Positions 26,391 to 43,011 of a stretch of DNA of 64,000 nt are shown piece by piece; the first letter of the stretch is position 1; every line of letters begins with the position of its first letter. The notes below the pieces were generated by a model. It saw only the letters and a program-made list of their open reading frames with translations, made no database searches and had not been told where the DNA came from. Source of the stretch: the human T2T-CHM13v2.0 reference genome, Homo sapiens; the NCBI RefSeq assembly GCF_009914755.1, contig NC_060928.1; one strand, given 5' to 3'. Position numbers and translations under genes: made by a program.

Positions 26391-27113
26391 AGACAGGAAG
26401 AAGGGAAGGGAAGGGAAGCTGAGTGCTCAGGGCATGCTGTGGAGGGAAGGCGAGGGCACTTCCCGCCGTCATCTCCAGAACCGCCACAGCCTTGGGAGGG
26501 GGGCTGAGAGAGATCAGTGCTGACTGCCTGAGAAGAGGCCTTCCACAAGCTGCCTTTCTGGTGTCCCCATGTTCTTCCTTCCTTCCTTCCAGAGGCCGTG
26601 AGAGGGAGGGCCCGTGTCAGCCTGCTCTGCCGGTTTCCCGACTGCTGAACCTGTCTGTGGGAAGCTGGGTTTGACTATGTGATGCTGAGGCTCTGAGAGG
26701 AGGGCTACCCTTTTCCCCACCCTCGGCCCCCATTCCTATGAGTAGAAGCCTGCCCAGCTGCGGTGGTGGGGTTTGAGGAGGCTAGGACTTAGAGCAGGGA
26801 AAAACAAGGAAGCAGAATGAAAAACAGAAACACTTAGAAATCTGGGATTGGTACTTCTCCTTATGTAAAGATTGTGGCTGACGACCAGCTTCTTAGAGGA
26901 AGCAAGTCTAGGAGAAGGGCTCATACCTGGTCCGTGAGGGCCTATGGGGGATCAGGGCATAAGACCACCTGACCCTGGGCCTTGCATCCACAAGAACCTT
27001 GAGTTTAGATTTTTAGACATATTCTTCGAACAAGGTTTTACATATATAGTCACTGAGAAATCCTGAGAGGATTGAAAAATAGCATCTATTTTACAGCTTT
27101 AAATTGTGCCCTG

Positions 27114-27452
<339 letters not shown>

Positions 27453-27750
27453 TTATATGTCCTGTGTTTATCTTGTGCACGGTATAATTGCCCTATGCTG
27501 TATTTTTTAAAATAAAAACATTGCATTTAAAAAAAGCCGTATTGTCATTTCTTCATTTTGTAAATATACCTGAGCACTCCAAAAAATAGAAATGGCTCAG
27601 GTATTTTCTTAACCTTGAAAGACTTGGAGACACACGGGCATAAAAATAAGTTTTAGAAAGAATATAGCACTCAAAGAGGTCTAACACAGCCCTTGACTCC
27701 ACGCCACACATACACATGGTAACCTGGATAAAGGAATCTGGAAACAATGA

Positions 27751-28095
<345 letters not shown>

Positions 28096-31000
28096 TAAAC
28101 TTTTCACTCGTTAATCAGAACTCTTCTTGGGAAGCATGATTCAGCAGTGCTTGGCTTATAGTAGGCGCTCATAAAGGTTTGCTCTTAGTATCGTCCCTAT
28201 TAATAATGAGGAAGTTAGAAACTTTAGGTGGGGCCTATATTTTCAGCTCAGATTTTGTTGGTTCTTAACGGTCACATCAGTTCCTCAGCTGTGTAAAGGA
28301 AAACATCCCTGTTTACAAATGACCACTTTTGCTTAGGATAAAAGTTAAGTTGGTAGCTAAATATGAAATGAGACCCTAGAATAAACATTCTTTATACGTC
28401 TTGTGTTTATCCTGTGCACAGTATAATTGCCCTTGGGAAGTTGATGGGAAACTTTTAGTGAGGAATAAATCCACCTTTTTGACTATAACAATAGAGGCCT
28501 TCAAAGATGGAGGTTATGCACCAAGTATTTTTTGCCACCTATCCCTTCTAAAAGCATAAATATTTTTGCTTAAACATCTGGGATGTAGCACCAGTTTCCT
28601 AATTTCTTTCCACCAGAAACTGAAGCCAAGTCTGACCTCCTTACCATGATATCCCCTCAAATGCCCACTACCACCCCCTCATTTTTCCCCAAAAGCTTTC
28701 TGGGGTAATTTCTCCTCTAGCTAGTTGACTTCATACCCACCTTCACTCTGCTTCCCAGATCCAGGCAGGCTGCTTTACAGCATAACCACGATTCACATAT
28801 ACACGTCTCCACCTAAAGTTACACGCCTCCTTTAAGAGCTGCTGCAACCATTACCACTTCTCTCCAAGGTGACTGCTTGTGGGAGGATAACAGCAGAACA
28901 GGAGGGGCAGGGTGATTAATGCTGGAGTAGGAGAGGGAGATCTAACCTGCTGTTCAGGAGACTTCTCAACCTGAGAAAGCTTCCCGGACACTAGGGATCC
29001 TGTTTCTGGTCTTCCTTCCCTTTGGACCATTTCTCTGATAGACACAGTTTCTTGTACTTTGGCCCAAATAATTACTTTCCCCTTTGTGTTTCTGTTTCCC
29101 TTTATCCTCTCCCCCATTTTAAGAATACACAATTTCTCAATCAGCAATTATTAAACCTTTCTCAAGTCAACCAAACCTTTTCTGGAAGCTGACACTAAAT
29201 ATACATGGCTGTAAACTTGCTGAGGAGTGGAGGAGGGGTGAGTGGGGATGACAAACCTGGAAACTGAACTTGAAATCTGTCTCAGATCCCAAGGATACCA
29301 CACGGGGAAAAGCCAGCCAGTGTGAGATTCCTTTCTTTATTTTCCTTAGGTTCTCAGGGGATAATTTGTACTGAAGGTTACTTTCTATAGAAAGCCTTGA
29401 GAACACTACCTCTTAATCATATTTAGAAGCATATAAAAAAGGTCGACAAGGCCAATCTTGATTTCTTTTTTCTTTGATGTAGTCACAGAGAATTTTGAAG
29501 GAAAGATGGGGTCTCTGAGTCCCCATTAATAAATAAAAGTAAGTCCTCATGTACATTCATGTACAGGGTGCTGAGAGCTCACATGTGGAGGGGCCATCCC
29601 TATGGCCATAGAGTCCTGCCATGGTCATTGTCACTAACAGTTGTCACTGCTGTAGCAGGGTCCCAGTCACTCTTAGTACCTCTCAGAGGTTTCTTGGGGA
29701 CACAGCCCAAATATATCCTGTAGTCAGATGCACAAACACCTTGGGTAGGAACCTAGAGAGGTCTGGAATACTCTGATTCACCTTCTGCTAAGAGACTTAG
29801 ATAAGGAAGGCTGACTAGGTCAGTTAAATTGATTGCCAGGGTGGCTGACCTAATAGAGGTTCAGGGATCTGGTTTGAGAACATGGAGCCTCAGACCCTTC
29901 CCTTCAAGCTGTGCAGCATTGCATATCCTTAGTGTCATTTTCAGTCTCAGCTTCCAGATCTTAGAGTTGATTTTTCTTAAAGAACACTCACAGCTAAAAC
30001 AAACAAATAAAACAAATAAGCAAACAACCCACTTGCTTAATATGATATACCACCCCCCAGGAGCATGGGTTGTGGTTATAGCTTTGCTTGGGATTTTATG
30101 TGGAGTAAGTCACTGCATGGCTAACATGCAAATATTGCTCAGAAAACAAGTATACCTCCCCCTGAAGTCTGAGCACTAGAACACAATGTGTGGCGTGTAT
30201 ATTTTGCTATTAAAGTTTGCTTTCAATTTGAATATGCATCCCACTTTTTGAAAAACTTTTATTGCTCAAGGAGTCTGCACAGGCCCAGTACCCCAGCACA
30301 ATGGCAGGGGCTATGGTGGGACTCTCAGACTCTCACTGCAGTGCAGCCACGGCCCCTGTCCTGGAGGGAGACTGAAATCCTAGTGCAGAGACAAGGTGCA
30401 CTTCACGGAAAAGCTCAAAGATGACACCAGCTGGTCAAGAGGCAAGCTGTGTGGCGTGTGTTCTGTTTCCATTCGATTTCCATAGAGCCAGGCTGACCAG
30501 ACCCGGGATGGGCAGAGTGGTGGCATGGCGTAGAAATAGGCCCAAATGTGGATACAAGGCACATGAGTTCTAGGCAGTGTTTGACCTGGGGCAAGTCACT
30601 GAACATTTCTAAGCTTCAGTATTCTCCTTTATGAAATGAGGAAGCCAGTCCAGGTAATCTCCAAGGTTTCTACTCGCTCTAACATTTCTCTGGTTCCACT
30701 TGGAAAGAGCTTCATGGATTAGCAGGGACTTGACTGAGAGCCTTGATGGAAGTGTAGATTTGGATTTGAGTGAGAAGAGAAGGAAGGAAGGAGAGCGGCC
30801 ACCTGCAAGGAGGGAGGTGGCCACCCAAAGTTGGGGTGTTTGCTGGGATGTGTGAGAGGAAAGCTTCACAGGGTGGGACTGGCCATGGACAGATCTGCAT
30901 GCAGGCAGATCCAGCCGACTCGACCACCGTCCATCAGGAGCCACAGCAGCAGGTTCTTAAAGGGAATAAACGCTAAATGCATTACTTTAAGGAGATTAAG

Positions 31001-33011
31001 CTAGTGTCAGGTAAGCTAGTGTCAGATTAGAACAGGGCTGGATCTGGAGAAAAGTGGGCAGGAAGGGTTGGGAGGTAGCCATGGGGGTAATCCCATCAGG
31101 AGGTGAGGGGAAGCTGGCTGAGATTTGGCACTTGACTGTGGGAACTGAAAAAAGCCAAATGCACCTGCCAGGCATATTCCTGCAAGAATAAGAATTCTCA
31201 TGTGCAAATATCTGGGGTCATTTTCCGGTCTGGGATCCCACCTCCTCCCACTCATTTCTCTTCTCTATTATTGTGCTCTGCCCAGTCCACATGGCTACCA
31301 GAAACCTGGCAGAGATATAGTGATCCCTGCTTTAAAATCAGGTAAAAATAATGCTAGTTTTTCTGGTCTTCCCTATTTTTAAAAAACTAAATTTATTTAA
31401 ATGTGAATTTAGTATACAGGATTTTAAACATACCACCTGGTTTTTGACAGGGAGTAGAACAGTAGGTATATACTGTGAATATTTTCAAAGCCCTAACAAT
31501 ACATCCTGGGGATGGAGGAAAGATGGCAGGCAGTAACAGGAAATGTGACCACAACAACTTGGAGAAGAAGAAACCTTTTAGTTTTTGTGCTTCCTTAACT
31601 TGTTTCTCCAACTTTCTCCTGCTACTAAATGTTTCATTCACTCAACTTTTTTCAAGAAGTCCTGACAAGTAATAACGAAAGTTCTATGGTGGCCCAATTA
31701 AAGACTTTTCATGACAAGTAGACTTCATAACAAATGTGATAACTAAATATTTCCTAAGCATAAGCTCTCAGTTGGATTTTTTATTAAAAAGTCAGAAAAT
31801 CACTCTCGGTCTTATTGCTAAATCTTGTTTGCAACAGAAATGGTATGTTATATTTTTGTAAGATAATTAACATGGCATGTATTCCACTAACCTTTTAAAT
31901 CTGAACTAGAGATGGTAATAAGAATAATTTCTAACAAAATAATTCATCAGTACACAACCAGTTGGACTGTTGAAAATTTATGATTGAAGTTAAGAATACC
32001 TTGGTGGTTTCAGGTAAAAACATGTTTTATATCACCAACTTGGAGACTGAGTGTCTTCTCTGAAAAAAATGAAAAATCTTCCCTTTAAAAATTTTCCTAC
32101 CCCTTATCAAGACAACAGAGGAGAAGCAGATACCCTGGTCCACAACACTCTGAAATTACCACTGGGCTCTGGAAAATGGATTGCTTCACCTATTTGTTCT
32201 GTCTTCTAATCCCAGGGAGGGGCTGCAAATCTCCCCATCTGTCTCTCTCGCTCTGCGGGCCCCTCGTTGCCATGGTCTTTCCCACAGTATCTAAAGGAAC
32301 AAGATTCCGCAGACGTTTGACACTGGACCTCCGCAGGCAGCCAATTTGTTTTCCTTTCACCTCCCCCCTTCTCCTCCTCTCTCCCTTTCTAATATAGCAT
32401 ATTCTTTCTGTGCACCCACCAAAAGTAATGTGTCAAACTATGATTATGTTTTCTTTTATGAAACAAGTAGAAGAGAGACGGATTGCTTTCCTTCCTTTGA
32501 TCAAGTAAAGGTAATAAAAAGCCTAGGGAGAATCGGGTGGGAGGGGGTTGCTGGCGTCTGCTGTCCTGGACTAGGCCAGCTTTTGTCGGGGGTTCATCTT
32601 AAGAAATTGTGGGCCACCGGCCGTGGCTTTCCCTCATGGCCCAAGGCTTGCAGCAATTGCTTCTCACTGTTCCTGTGTTTGGAACCTACTGAGTCTGTGC
32701 AGCCCTTAGTGGTTTTGTCTTGTGCTCTGGGAAAAGCAAAGGGGTTGAGGATGGAGGGAAGCCCTGTCCTCAGAATGTGCAGGGAAGTCAATCCTTAAAT
32801 GATGGTTTCTGTAGGGTGGAAATACCAGTCTATTTGAACCCTTAAAGCTTATACCAAATCCACACCCTCTGCATCACTGAGGAAGGAAATGTAACTTGAG
32901 AGTTTGTGGCGCCGGTGGGAGGAGGGAGAAGAGTGCAGAGCGCGGGCAACTTTCCCCCACCTTTTAGACAGAAACTTTTCCTTTTAGCATCTGCATGCAT
33001 CTCTTTAGTTA

Positions 33012-33843
<832 letters not shown>

Positions 33844-36800
33844 TTACATTGTCCAGGGCCTAAACAGGAAGATGGGAATTGAGGTTTGGGGCACTTGAGC
33901 CATAAGAGAAGACACTCCCTAGGCTGGGGTTTCTAGGGCTGGTCACCAAGATGCCTATCACTTTCCTTTCAGGGGCTTCAGAGAAACAGGCTCACACCCC
34001 AAAACAGAGTCACTAAGGGACCTGAATACCAGGAGGAGGGTCTAGAAATGGAAAGAAGTGGAGCTCAGATTGAGAACCAACTGGAGAAAGGATCTCTGGT
34101 CCTGAACATCAAAACGTACAACAAGGGGGAGAGAACAGGACAAAATGCATCAGTGGAAATGAGTAAAACTGAAGGAGCAGGAGGCTGCTGGGGAAAAGTC
34201 AGGCTGAGAAGAGGCCAAGAACAGACCCTGGCTGGGAGGACACTTCCGGCTCAGTCCCCCAAATCAGGATGAGGTTCAGCTTGACCACAGCTGTGCTTTC
34301 TATAGTCTATATGTTTCTGGGGTAAGGAGCAAAAGCACAATTGGGGTAAAATTTCTTTTTTTCTTTCAGTCTGAATGCAACTAGCTTTGGAAAGTTGAGC
34401 AATTTCAAGCTCCGAGGTTTTGAACAGTAGAAAGGCAGGGAAAAGTGAAAGAAGGTCTCAGCCTGACCAGGTATTTTGCCAGCGGCCATTTTCAAGGCCT
34501 GCAAACTCAACCCGGCTTTGTTTTGCTGGCCTCCGAAGAGAGCCTCTCTTAGGGGCTCCTCTTTGCATGCACACCATTTTGACCCTGCTTCTTTGGTGAA
34601 TAGAGTGTGGGCACGATTGTGGCTGCACACGTCCTTGAAGTTCCAGAGGGCACCTCTTCCTTCCCATCTGGCCCCCCACAAACTGCCAACTAAAAACAAT
34701 CCAAAAGCTCTAAACAGAGCTCAAATGGAAAAATATATTTCCTTCCTCAGGAAAGACTGGAATTTTCTTCAAATTGAGAAAAGGCAAAGAATGGTTTATA
34801 AATGTACAGTTTCTATGTTCACAAAGATATGATATACCCCAATTATATAAAATTATAGCCAAGTTCATATTTGACCTAATGCTTTTGCTTTCCAGGTTTC
34901 TTTGCATTAACACAGATTTCAAAAACATGAAATATATATTAAATGCAAAAAAAGTTTTCTCTAAGAGAACTGCTACACAAGCACCATGAGGCCAAGTTAT
35001 AGGTTTGGTGGCAGTAACATAGATATTTGCATATATTCCCTTCCTAATCTGCTTTCTTGCAGATCTAAGCGAAATCTGATTGTTTTCTCAGGCAAAAACC
35101 CAGCCCTAAGAGCAGCTCATAAACCTCACCACAGACACAGTACTCATGGCAACAGGAACTATTTCCTTTGGCTTATGAGCTCTGGTAACTGTCAAGGGGG
35201 TGGGGGGCGCCGATCAGAGAAATCTGGAAAGACATGAGTCTGTCAGAACACGTGAAAGGACTTGACATGGAGGCCACATTTGTGTTGCACAATTTGCATG
35301 AGCACTTCTGGACAAATTCTATTTTCACATGCAATTCACAGACCCGCGGTGGCAGTGCTAATTGGTGAGGTTGCCACTCAAGTGTGGTACCAAACAGGAG
35401 CTCTCACTACATAGATGAATAATACAGAGTTTTGAGCAATGCAGTAATTATTTTACAGTTATTCTACATCACCATCATTCCATTATCTCTTTGTCCCCCT
35501 TTCAACTCTCATAGTGGAGATGAATAAGAACCCCCCCCCACCCTATTCTGCCAAAAGTGGAATTCATGTTATTTGAAATCAACTTAAGAATAAGAAAAGA
35601 GATGGCAAGGAACAGCTATCATTTCATTAATATGGATGGATTATTCATGTCACTAGAGTGACAGTGAATTTGATTGTACCCTGAAGTGCCAATAGGATGC
35701 CAAACACAGCCGTGAAACACACAAGAAACTCTGAATGGCAGAGTGCTTTGGAATTCATCTGCAAGAATTCCAAACCCCCAAGATAAGGTAGCTCATTGCC
35801 CACATGATATTTCAATGCTAAGTGAAGAGAAAGGGAGGGTTCAGATCCCCTGGGTGCCTCCCATAGCTCCAAGTGACAGGGAAGAAGGGGTGACAATTCC
35901 CCAGTCCTTCCTAGGTGGCATTAGAAACTTTAGAAGCAACACAGCATCCCCTGTGGGTCACTCTCTAGCTTCAATAAAATCAACCGATCAGAGGGAAAGA
36001 GAGGCCTCCTAGGCGGTGGGTCGTGAGTCCTCCTTCTGAGGATGGTTCAGCATTTGCTGCCTCTGCACTAAATGCAAACCAGGTGGACTCTAGAAATGGC
36101 CTTTGGTGCAGTTTTGGGCTTTCTTCTCTTTGTTCCTTGGAGATATTAAGCCTTAAATCCTCTTTGAATTTGAGAGTTACTGATTGAGCTGTATCTGAAC
36201 CATATTACGCCACATGATGAAACTCGACACACTGGGATTCACTCCTCCATTGTTCACTCTGTCTGACCCCAGTGAAGAAGTCTACCCTCCTGCAGCTGAT
36301 AAAAATATAAATTTAAAGAGGTAGTTAGGTCCTCTTTAGGCTCAATTACTTTCTTTGTATATTCTACCTAAAAATGGCCTTCCTAAGGCACTCTATTTTG
36401 AATTTCAAAAGTTAGCGATAGATTTTCATCCTAGCATTTCTCATCTTCAGGTCTCATCACTACCTCCCACTCCCTACCCCCTTTTAAAAACTGAAGTGGG
36501 AGGAAGTTTCAGAAGAAGGGTTTTTGTTTTGCTTTTACATTTCTGACTTAGGCCTCAGTTGAAAATAAGCAATCTTTTATGGGTAGTGGGAGTGGAGATG
36601 TCTACTCCTATTTGGAACACCTGGCAAGCTGCCTCCTGTGATTCAATCACTCTTTTCCTGAAGTTAGAGACTGTTAGACCTGAAGGTCAGTCGTCCGTCT
36701 TCAGGGTCTAACTCTGGATCTGGCCTGCAGAGTAGGCAAAGAAAGATGGGGTGAGTAGTCACCCATAGGTATTTTCCAAATAACAAAATGCCTCTGAAAA

Positions 36801-36909
36801 ATATCTCTCCCATGTCCCTGTCTAAATATAACATTTTCCCATTTGGGTTTAGATTTTCTAGGAGACTACTATGATACTTAAAATATTACTTGGAGTAGTC
36901 TAACATATT

Positions 36910-37263
36910 CAGGTTGAGTATCCCTTATCCAAAATATTTGGGATCAGAAGTATTACGAATTTCTTGGGATTTTGGAATATTTGCATATATATAATGAGGT
37001 ATCTTGGGAATGGGACCCAAGTCTAAACACAAAATTCATGTATGTTTCATAATACACGTTATACACATAGTGTGAAGGTAATTACATACAATATTTTAAA
37101 TAACTTGTGCATGAAACAAAGTTTTGACTGCATTTTGACTGTGACCCATCACATGAGGTCAGGTGTGAAATTTTCCACATGTGGTATCATGTCAGCGCTC
37201 AAAAAATTTTGGATTTTGGAGGATTTTGGATTTCAGCTTTTCCGATTAGGGATGCTCAACCTG
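36910..37263. mobile_element. Tigger4b/Zombi-like TcMar non-autonomous DNA transposon
   Basis: TIRs caggttgagtatccct ... agggatgctcaacctg, ~354 bp, followed by TA. Confidence 0.85.
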
Positions 37264-38789
37264 TATATATAACCCACAATAGCCCCTAACCCTAAATAGT
37301 GCTTAGGTTCTAAGGGGTGGTACACAGATGGGTGGGTTTGATGGACCCCAGGGAGCCAGTGGGTAGACCTTGTGCCTGGAGGGAGGAGGAAAGAGGACAC
37401 TGGAATACACTCAGCCCAGGTCACAATTTTGCCCACAGCAAGCCATGGAGTTACAATGACATCTTTGACCTCTAATCCGCAAAGTATCCATTCTTATCTC
37501 TTATAGTGTCTGCATGTAAGGTTACAGTATAGCTCCTTTTGATAAAGAAAGGTACACATTCAAAGCAGAGACCTCCAAGGAGCCTCCATATAAAAGGAAG
37601 CCTGTATTGCATTTATTACTACTATGGTCTGAGCCCAGCAGCAGAAATCTGAAGCTTATCATTACTGCCTAACTCTGGAATAGCCTTATCTTTTCTCTAG
37701 ACTGTGACTTTGGGATTCGAATTCTAACTTTCCTTGCAGGTAGATACTTCAGCAATTTCTACAAAATGTTACAGATGGCTATCTGTAGGTTCTCCCTAAT
37801 AATTCCTATTTCATTAGCTCTAAGACTCATAAATTTTAAGGCTCACGTTACGTACTACTAGAAAGAAAGAAAAAAGCACCTTACAGAACTATGGTGTGCC
37901 ATCAGTTGTAAGATGTATCCTGATTTCACAGATGTAAAAATGTGCATCTTAGGATCAATGAGATATGGTATTTAGGCCTGTGGTTGCATGGGCGCAGGCC
38001 TGGGACTAGGCTCCTATACAACCACCAGGTCTAGCATGGCGGACCCAACTCCTCTTCCAGTGTGTGGCACCCACCCTGGACCTAGCCTGGCTCTCTCTGT
38101 GCTCACAACCCCACCTATGAAAAGGGGGTGAGTGATAACCACTCCCCACCGTCTTCTTTGGGGTCAAAAAGAGGATGGCTGGGAAAGTGGCTGGCAGGTC
38201 ATGGGAAGCTTTGGAAGCCAGGACTTCTCATGTCTTCATTCAGAGAAGGCTTGGCACAAATACATTCTGTATTTTTCTAAATGATAATAATAAAAAACCT
38301 TTACCACATAGCATTTATACATATTTCTCCCGAGAGAGCATGTGTACAGATAAGAAGAAACATGGCCAATCGAAGATCGCAGCACTAACACCTAAATGAT
38401 TTTAGCTGGATTATAGAAGAAAAAAAAGCTAGAGGCAGGCAATAATTTTAAGGGAAAAAAATGTCCCTCTACATTGATAACCATAGTTCTTCAGGCTGTT
38501 AATGCGATGTCATTAGCTACTTCCTTGTGGTGACACTGGGAAGAGCTAACAGGGGGAAAGAAAATAGGATGGCGAGGTCTTTGCAGGCTGGGGTGATTTT
38601 TTTGAACCTATCTGCTAGGTCAAGATAATAGGAGGATACAATACAGACCTGAAGAATTTATTCTTCCTGTCTTCAAAAAGACTTATGACCGTCTTGAATC
38701 CTGTTTCAGGAGAGGGCTCAGCCAGTGAAAAACAGATTTGTAGAAAGAGAGGGTTACACACCACTCAATTCCTATTTTCCTTCTTTCCC

Positions 38790-38950
38790 TTTTCATTGGG
38801 GTAAAATATACATAACATAAAATTTATCATTTTAACTCCTTTTAAGTGTACAATTCAGTGGCATTAAGTACTTCACAATGTTGTGTGATCGATACCATGA
38901 TCTATTTCCAGAACTTTTTCATCTTAAACAGAAACTCTGTACCCATTAAG
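38790..38950 (-). mobile_element. Old L1 3' fragment
   Basis: ggtaaaatatacataacataaaattt...tttaagtgtacaattcagtggcattaagtac. Confidence 0.7.
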
Positions 38951-38986
38951 CAGCCTGCCTTTCTTTGCTTTTTTCTTTTCTTTTTA

Positions 38987-39032
<46 letters not shown>
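38987..39032. repeat. (ATCT)~11 tetranucleotide STR
   Basis: Direct reading. Confidence 0.95.
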
Positions 39033-39899
39033 TTTTTGTTAGGAGCATTTTAACTGCTGTTATGGGTATTGATACAAATTTGGAAAGGAATGTGATTAAT
39101 ATGCATGATGGAGAAAATCCTGACAGAAAAAAATTAAAGATGAGTTTCAGAGGCTGGTAGGAGAACTATTATAAGCAGGCCTTTATAACCTTGAGTCTAA
39201 AACTACCATGAAAATAAAATATAATTTTACAAAATAAGTGAAGGGAAAAATATCTGTATTAGGGCAACTGCAGATCTTTTATGCTCCTTCCCTACATACA
39301 TCCCTGAGGCTGAGGTGAGAATTAATAAGTTTACAAGGCTACTCAAGTCAAATAGATGTTAAACTATCAAAGCTTAGCCCCACTCATTTCTTCTGTTTGT
39401 CCATCTGTGGATCCATCTCTCCTTTCTCTCATGCATATGCCAGACACAGCGCTGGACACCATGGCTACCAAGACGCACGGGTATGGCTGGCCCTCAAGGA
39501 ACTCCTACATCAGAAGGGAGACAAATGGAAATGAAGAATTGTGTAATGAGCAAAAGACAGATAAGGGAATGATTAACTCTGTCTGGAGACTGGGGTGGAG
39601 GGAGGGGTAAGAGTTAATGAAAAACCTCTTTGCCCAAGGCAGAATTAAGAATTAATACTACCTACTATGCACATGTACATTAATATGTTGTAATGTTATA
39701 AAGTTATGAATGTGATAATTATAGACTAAAATATTAGTTGAATAGTAACATATAAACTGGCATATGCCCTATGACTGAAACTGCAAAACTTGAACAAGTG
39801 CATAATGCAAACAATATTACTATGCAAAACAAAGGTGTATTAGGGAGGTCAATTATGGGTGAGTTTTTAAATGTAAAAAATCACTAATTTTAATCACAT

Positions 39900-40380
39900 G
39901 TTTATGTTCTTATAGTTCTTTAAACATTATTTTCTTCTTGATTATAAATTTATCCACTATGGAAAATGTGGACAACACAGAAAAATATAAAATGGGAAAG
40001 CAAAATCACTGCTGATTATTACCACAAAATGATAGTCACTCAATGTATTTCCAACCAAAACATTCATTCAAACAAGACAAGGATCATAGCTGCATGTTAC
40101 TCCATTGTATAAAGCTGTTATCATTTATTTAACCAATTGCCTATTGTTGGACATTTAAATAATTTTCAATTTTCACTACTTTATGCTGAAATGAACATTC
40201 TTGTACATAAACTTTTATGTATATCTCTGATTATTTCCTTCAAATAAATTCCTAAAAGTAGAAGTTTTGTGTCAAAGAGCATGAATGTGTTTAAGGCTCC
40301 TGTTTTGGTACATATTATCAAATACCCTCTGGAAAGATATGACCTATTTACACTTCCATCAGGAATATACAAGGGTGTCT
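39900..40380 (-). mobile_element. Ancient L1 (L1ME-like) fragment
   Basis: ttgttggacatttaaataattttcaatttt...aacattcttgtacata...attcctaaaagtagaa. Confidence 0.6.
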
Positions 40381-40963
40381 GGATTATACTTTAGGTTCAA
40401 TTTTTAAAAAATGACCAGCCCAGTGCAATTGTGATTCTTCATGATTCTTTCCTAATAAAGAAGACACTGTAAATAAAACTAATTTTTAAAATTATTTAAA
40501 GTTTATTTATAACATGTAGTCATCTAAGCTTTCCCCTCAGTTTCTCTTCCTCTGCCCAAAGTCCCAGGAGCAGGCATGGTCGGCCTCTGTTCTCCTTAAT
40601 CAGCACGCTGACATCCTATGTCTGTTGCTTTGCCTCTTCGGCGTGGCGAATGCCTGAGTGCCACAAACACCATTTCCCTGGGGTTGTCACCTGAGATTCT
40701 TCAGCTGTCTGCTCAGAGCAAGGCCCCGTGTATCAGAGTGAAAAGGCACGTCTTTATTCCTGTAGTTGGCTTGGCCAGCTGGCCGGCACCAATTCTTATG
40801 AATGACAGCCGGTTTGCTGTTCCATATTTCAACAGCCATAAGCCGGAATAGCACCTGTAGACTCTGGGAGTGAAATGCACTGGGAATGACATTAGAGAAA
40901 GCCTGCTCCTTATTTGGCTTGGACCTCCCACTGCCTCGGCAATGTGGATTTAAGAAAACTGTG

Positions 40964-41257
<294 letters not shown>

Positions 41258-43011
41258 TTAATTTTTGGTCCCTATATATGGTTTACTACAACAGCAGAAA
41301 AAGAAAGAGAAAGAGTGAGCTTTTGCATGTCAGTATTAAGTAAACATTGACACATTTAACACAGGGCCCTGCGCAGTCTGTTGAAGAAACTACAACAGGC
41401 CAGGAAGTGCCTGAAGAGTGTAGGAAGTTCTACCAAAATTTCTGGTTGTATGAATTTTAGGCAATGGATCGAGATATGGCAACAGTTAAAATAAAATAAA
41501 AAAACCCCCTAACTCTGTAATTTCTAATTCATTTAATGAACACTGTGGGGTCCAAAGTTGGTTGAAAATAGTTTTTGCAAATTTGAAGTTAAATTTCTAG
41601 CTCTGCAGGACTTACGTCAAAACACCCGCTATGGTCTGGGAAAGAATAAATCTAAGTGTGAAAGTTAACTCAAAAGTTATCTGTTCATCTACATAATTCA
41701 TTAGGAAAGCGGCACATAGTAGAAGAAAAAAAAGCAACTTTCTGCAGAGTATTCATGAACATACTGCAGGAGTATAAGAACAGCAAAGCATGTAGGTTGT
41801 CCGGGGAAGAATGCTACTTTGAACCTTCTAATCCCAATGTATTGGTTGTTTAGTATGCTTTGAAGGGAACACTCCCTCCACCCAATGAAAATGTTGATGA
41901 TTTTGAAAAATATGATGTGCACTGATAAAACATTATTCACTTTTAAAGTCCATGGTATTGAATAAAATGGATCTTTAATTTTGAGATTTTTATTATGCTC
42001 CATCAAGACACAGGAACTAAAACCAGTAGTATACTGGTCTATGTAACAGAATCACACATGGCTGAAGACAGAAAGTTGGCCTTAAAAAGTTGTCTGTCAG
42101 CATTCTCATAGAATATCCCAAGAATTATACCTGAGAGTCAAGGACTCCAAGCCTTAAACCTTAAAGGGACCCCGAGGCACTAGCTAACTTCTCCCTCACA
42201 GGGAAGCTGCCTTGGAGAAGTTGGTGTGCAAATTCAAGCTCGTAATAAAACATTTCTGGAAATGACTTGGTTGTGGCTGTGCTTTAGGCTCCTACCAGCA
42301 TGGACAGCTCTTTGCTCACTGCACCTTCCCCCTACATTCTCTGCAACTTTTTGCTCTGAATTGAGTTAATGTCTGACAGTTTGGCACCCGTGAAAAGGTT
42401 GTTACTTTTGAATGGCAGCACACAATATTTTCGAGAACTAAAGTAAGAATAATTATCTGGGGAAACACCCAGGTTTTGCAAAGCCAAAACCCCTGCCCTT
42501 CTCCCTAACATTTTTATGGAGGTTCTCTTAACATTGCAGGACCTCATATGAATGCATGACTAAGTCTCCCGCCAGTACAGCAGCTTGGAAGCGCATTATC
42601 ACAGCCAACAGATAATTCACCGTAGAACCAGAAGGAAATCAGTGACCTTGCCCACTCCGCTCTGGTCTCAGACTCATGCCTCTGTGTTCCTGGCCTCTGA
42701 ATATGCTGTTGCCATCTTGCTAGCCTGATGTCTGAGCCAGGGGGATCATCCTAGACTCTTCATCTTCTGCCCGCCTCTCTTCATATCCAAGCTATGAGAG
42801 AATCAGGGCGTTTTACCTCCTCCACAGCACCCTACTTGGCATTTCATTGGTCCAGGCTGTCAACTTTCCCTTGGAGCTCTCTGCTACTCTCCTGGCTGGT
42901 TGTCCATTTTTCACTCTGGTTTCTCTCCAATACACCCTCTAGCCACCAGGTCCTGAGCCTGCCAGTACTCCCCCTCACACTCACACTCCAGCAGGGTAAG
43001 AATCCTATTCC

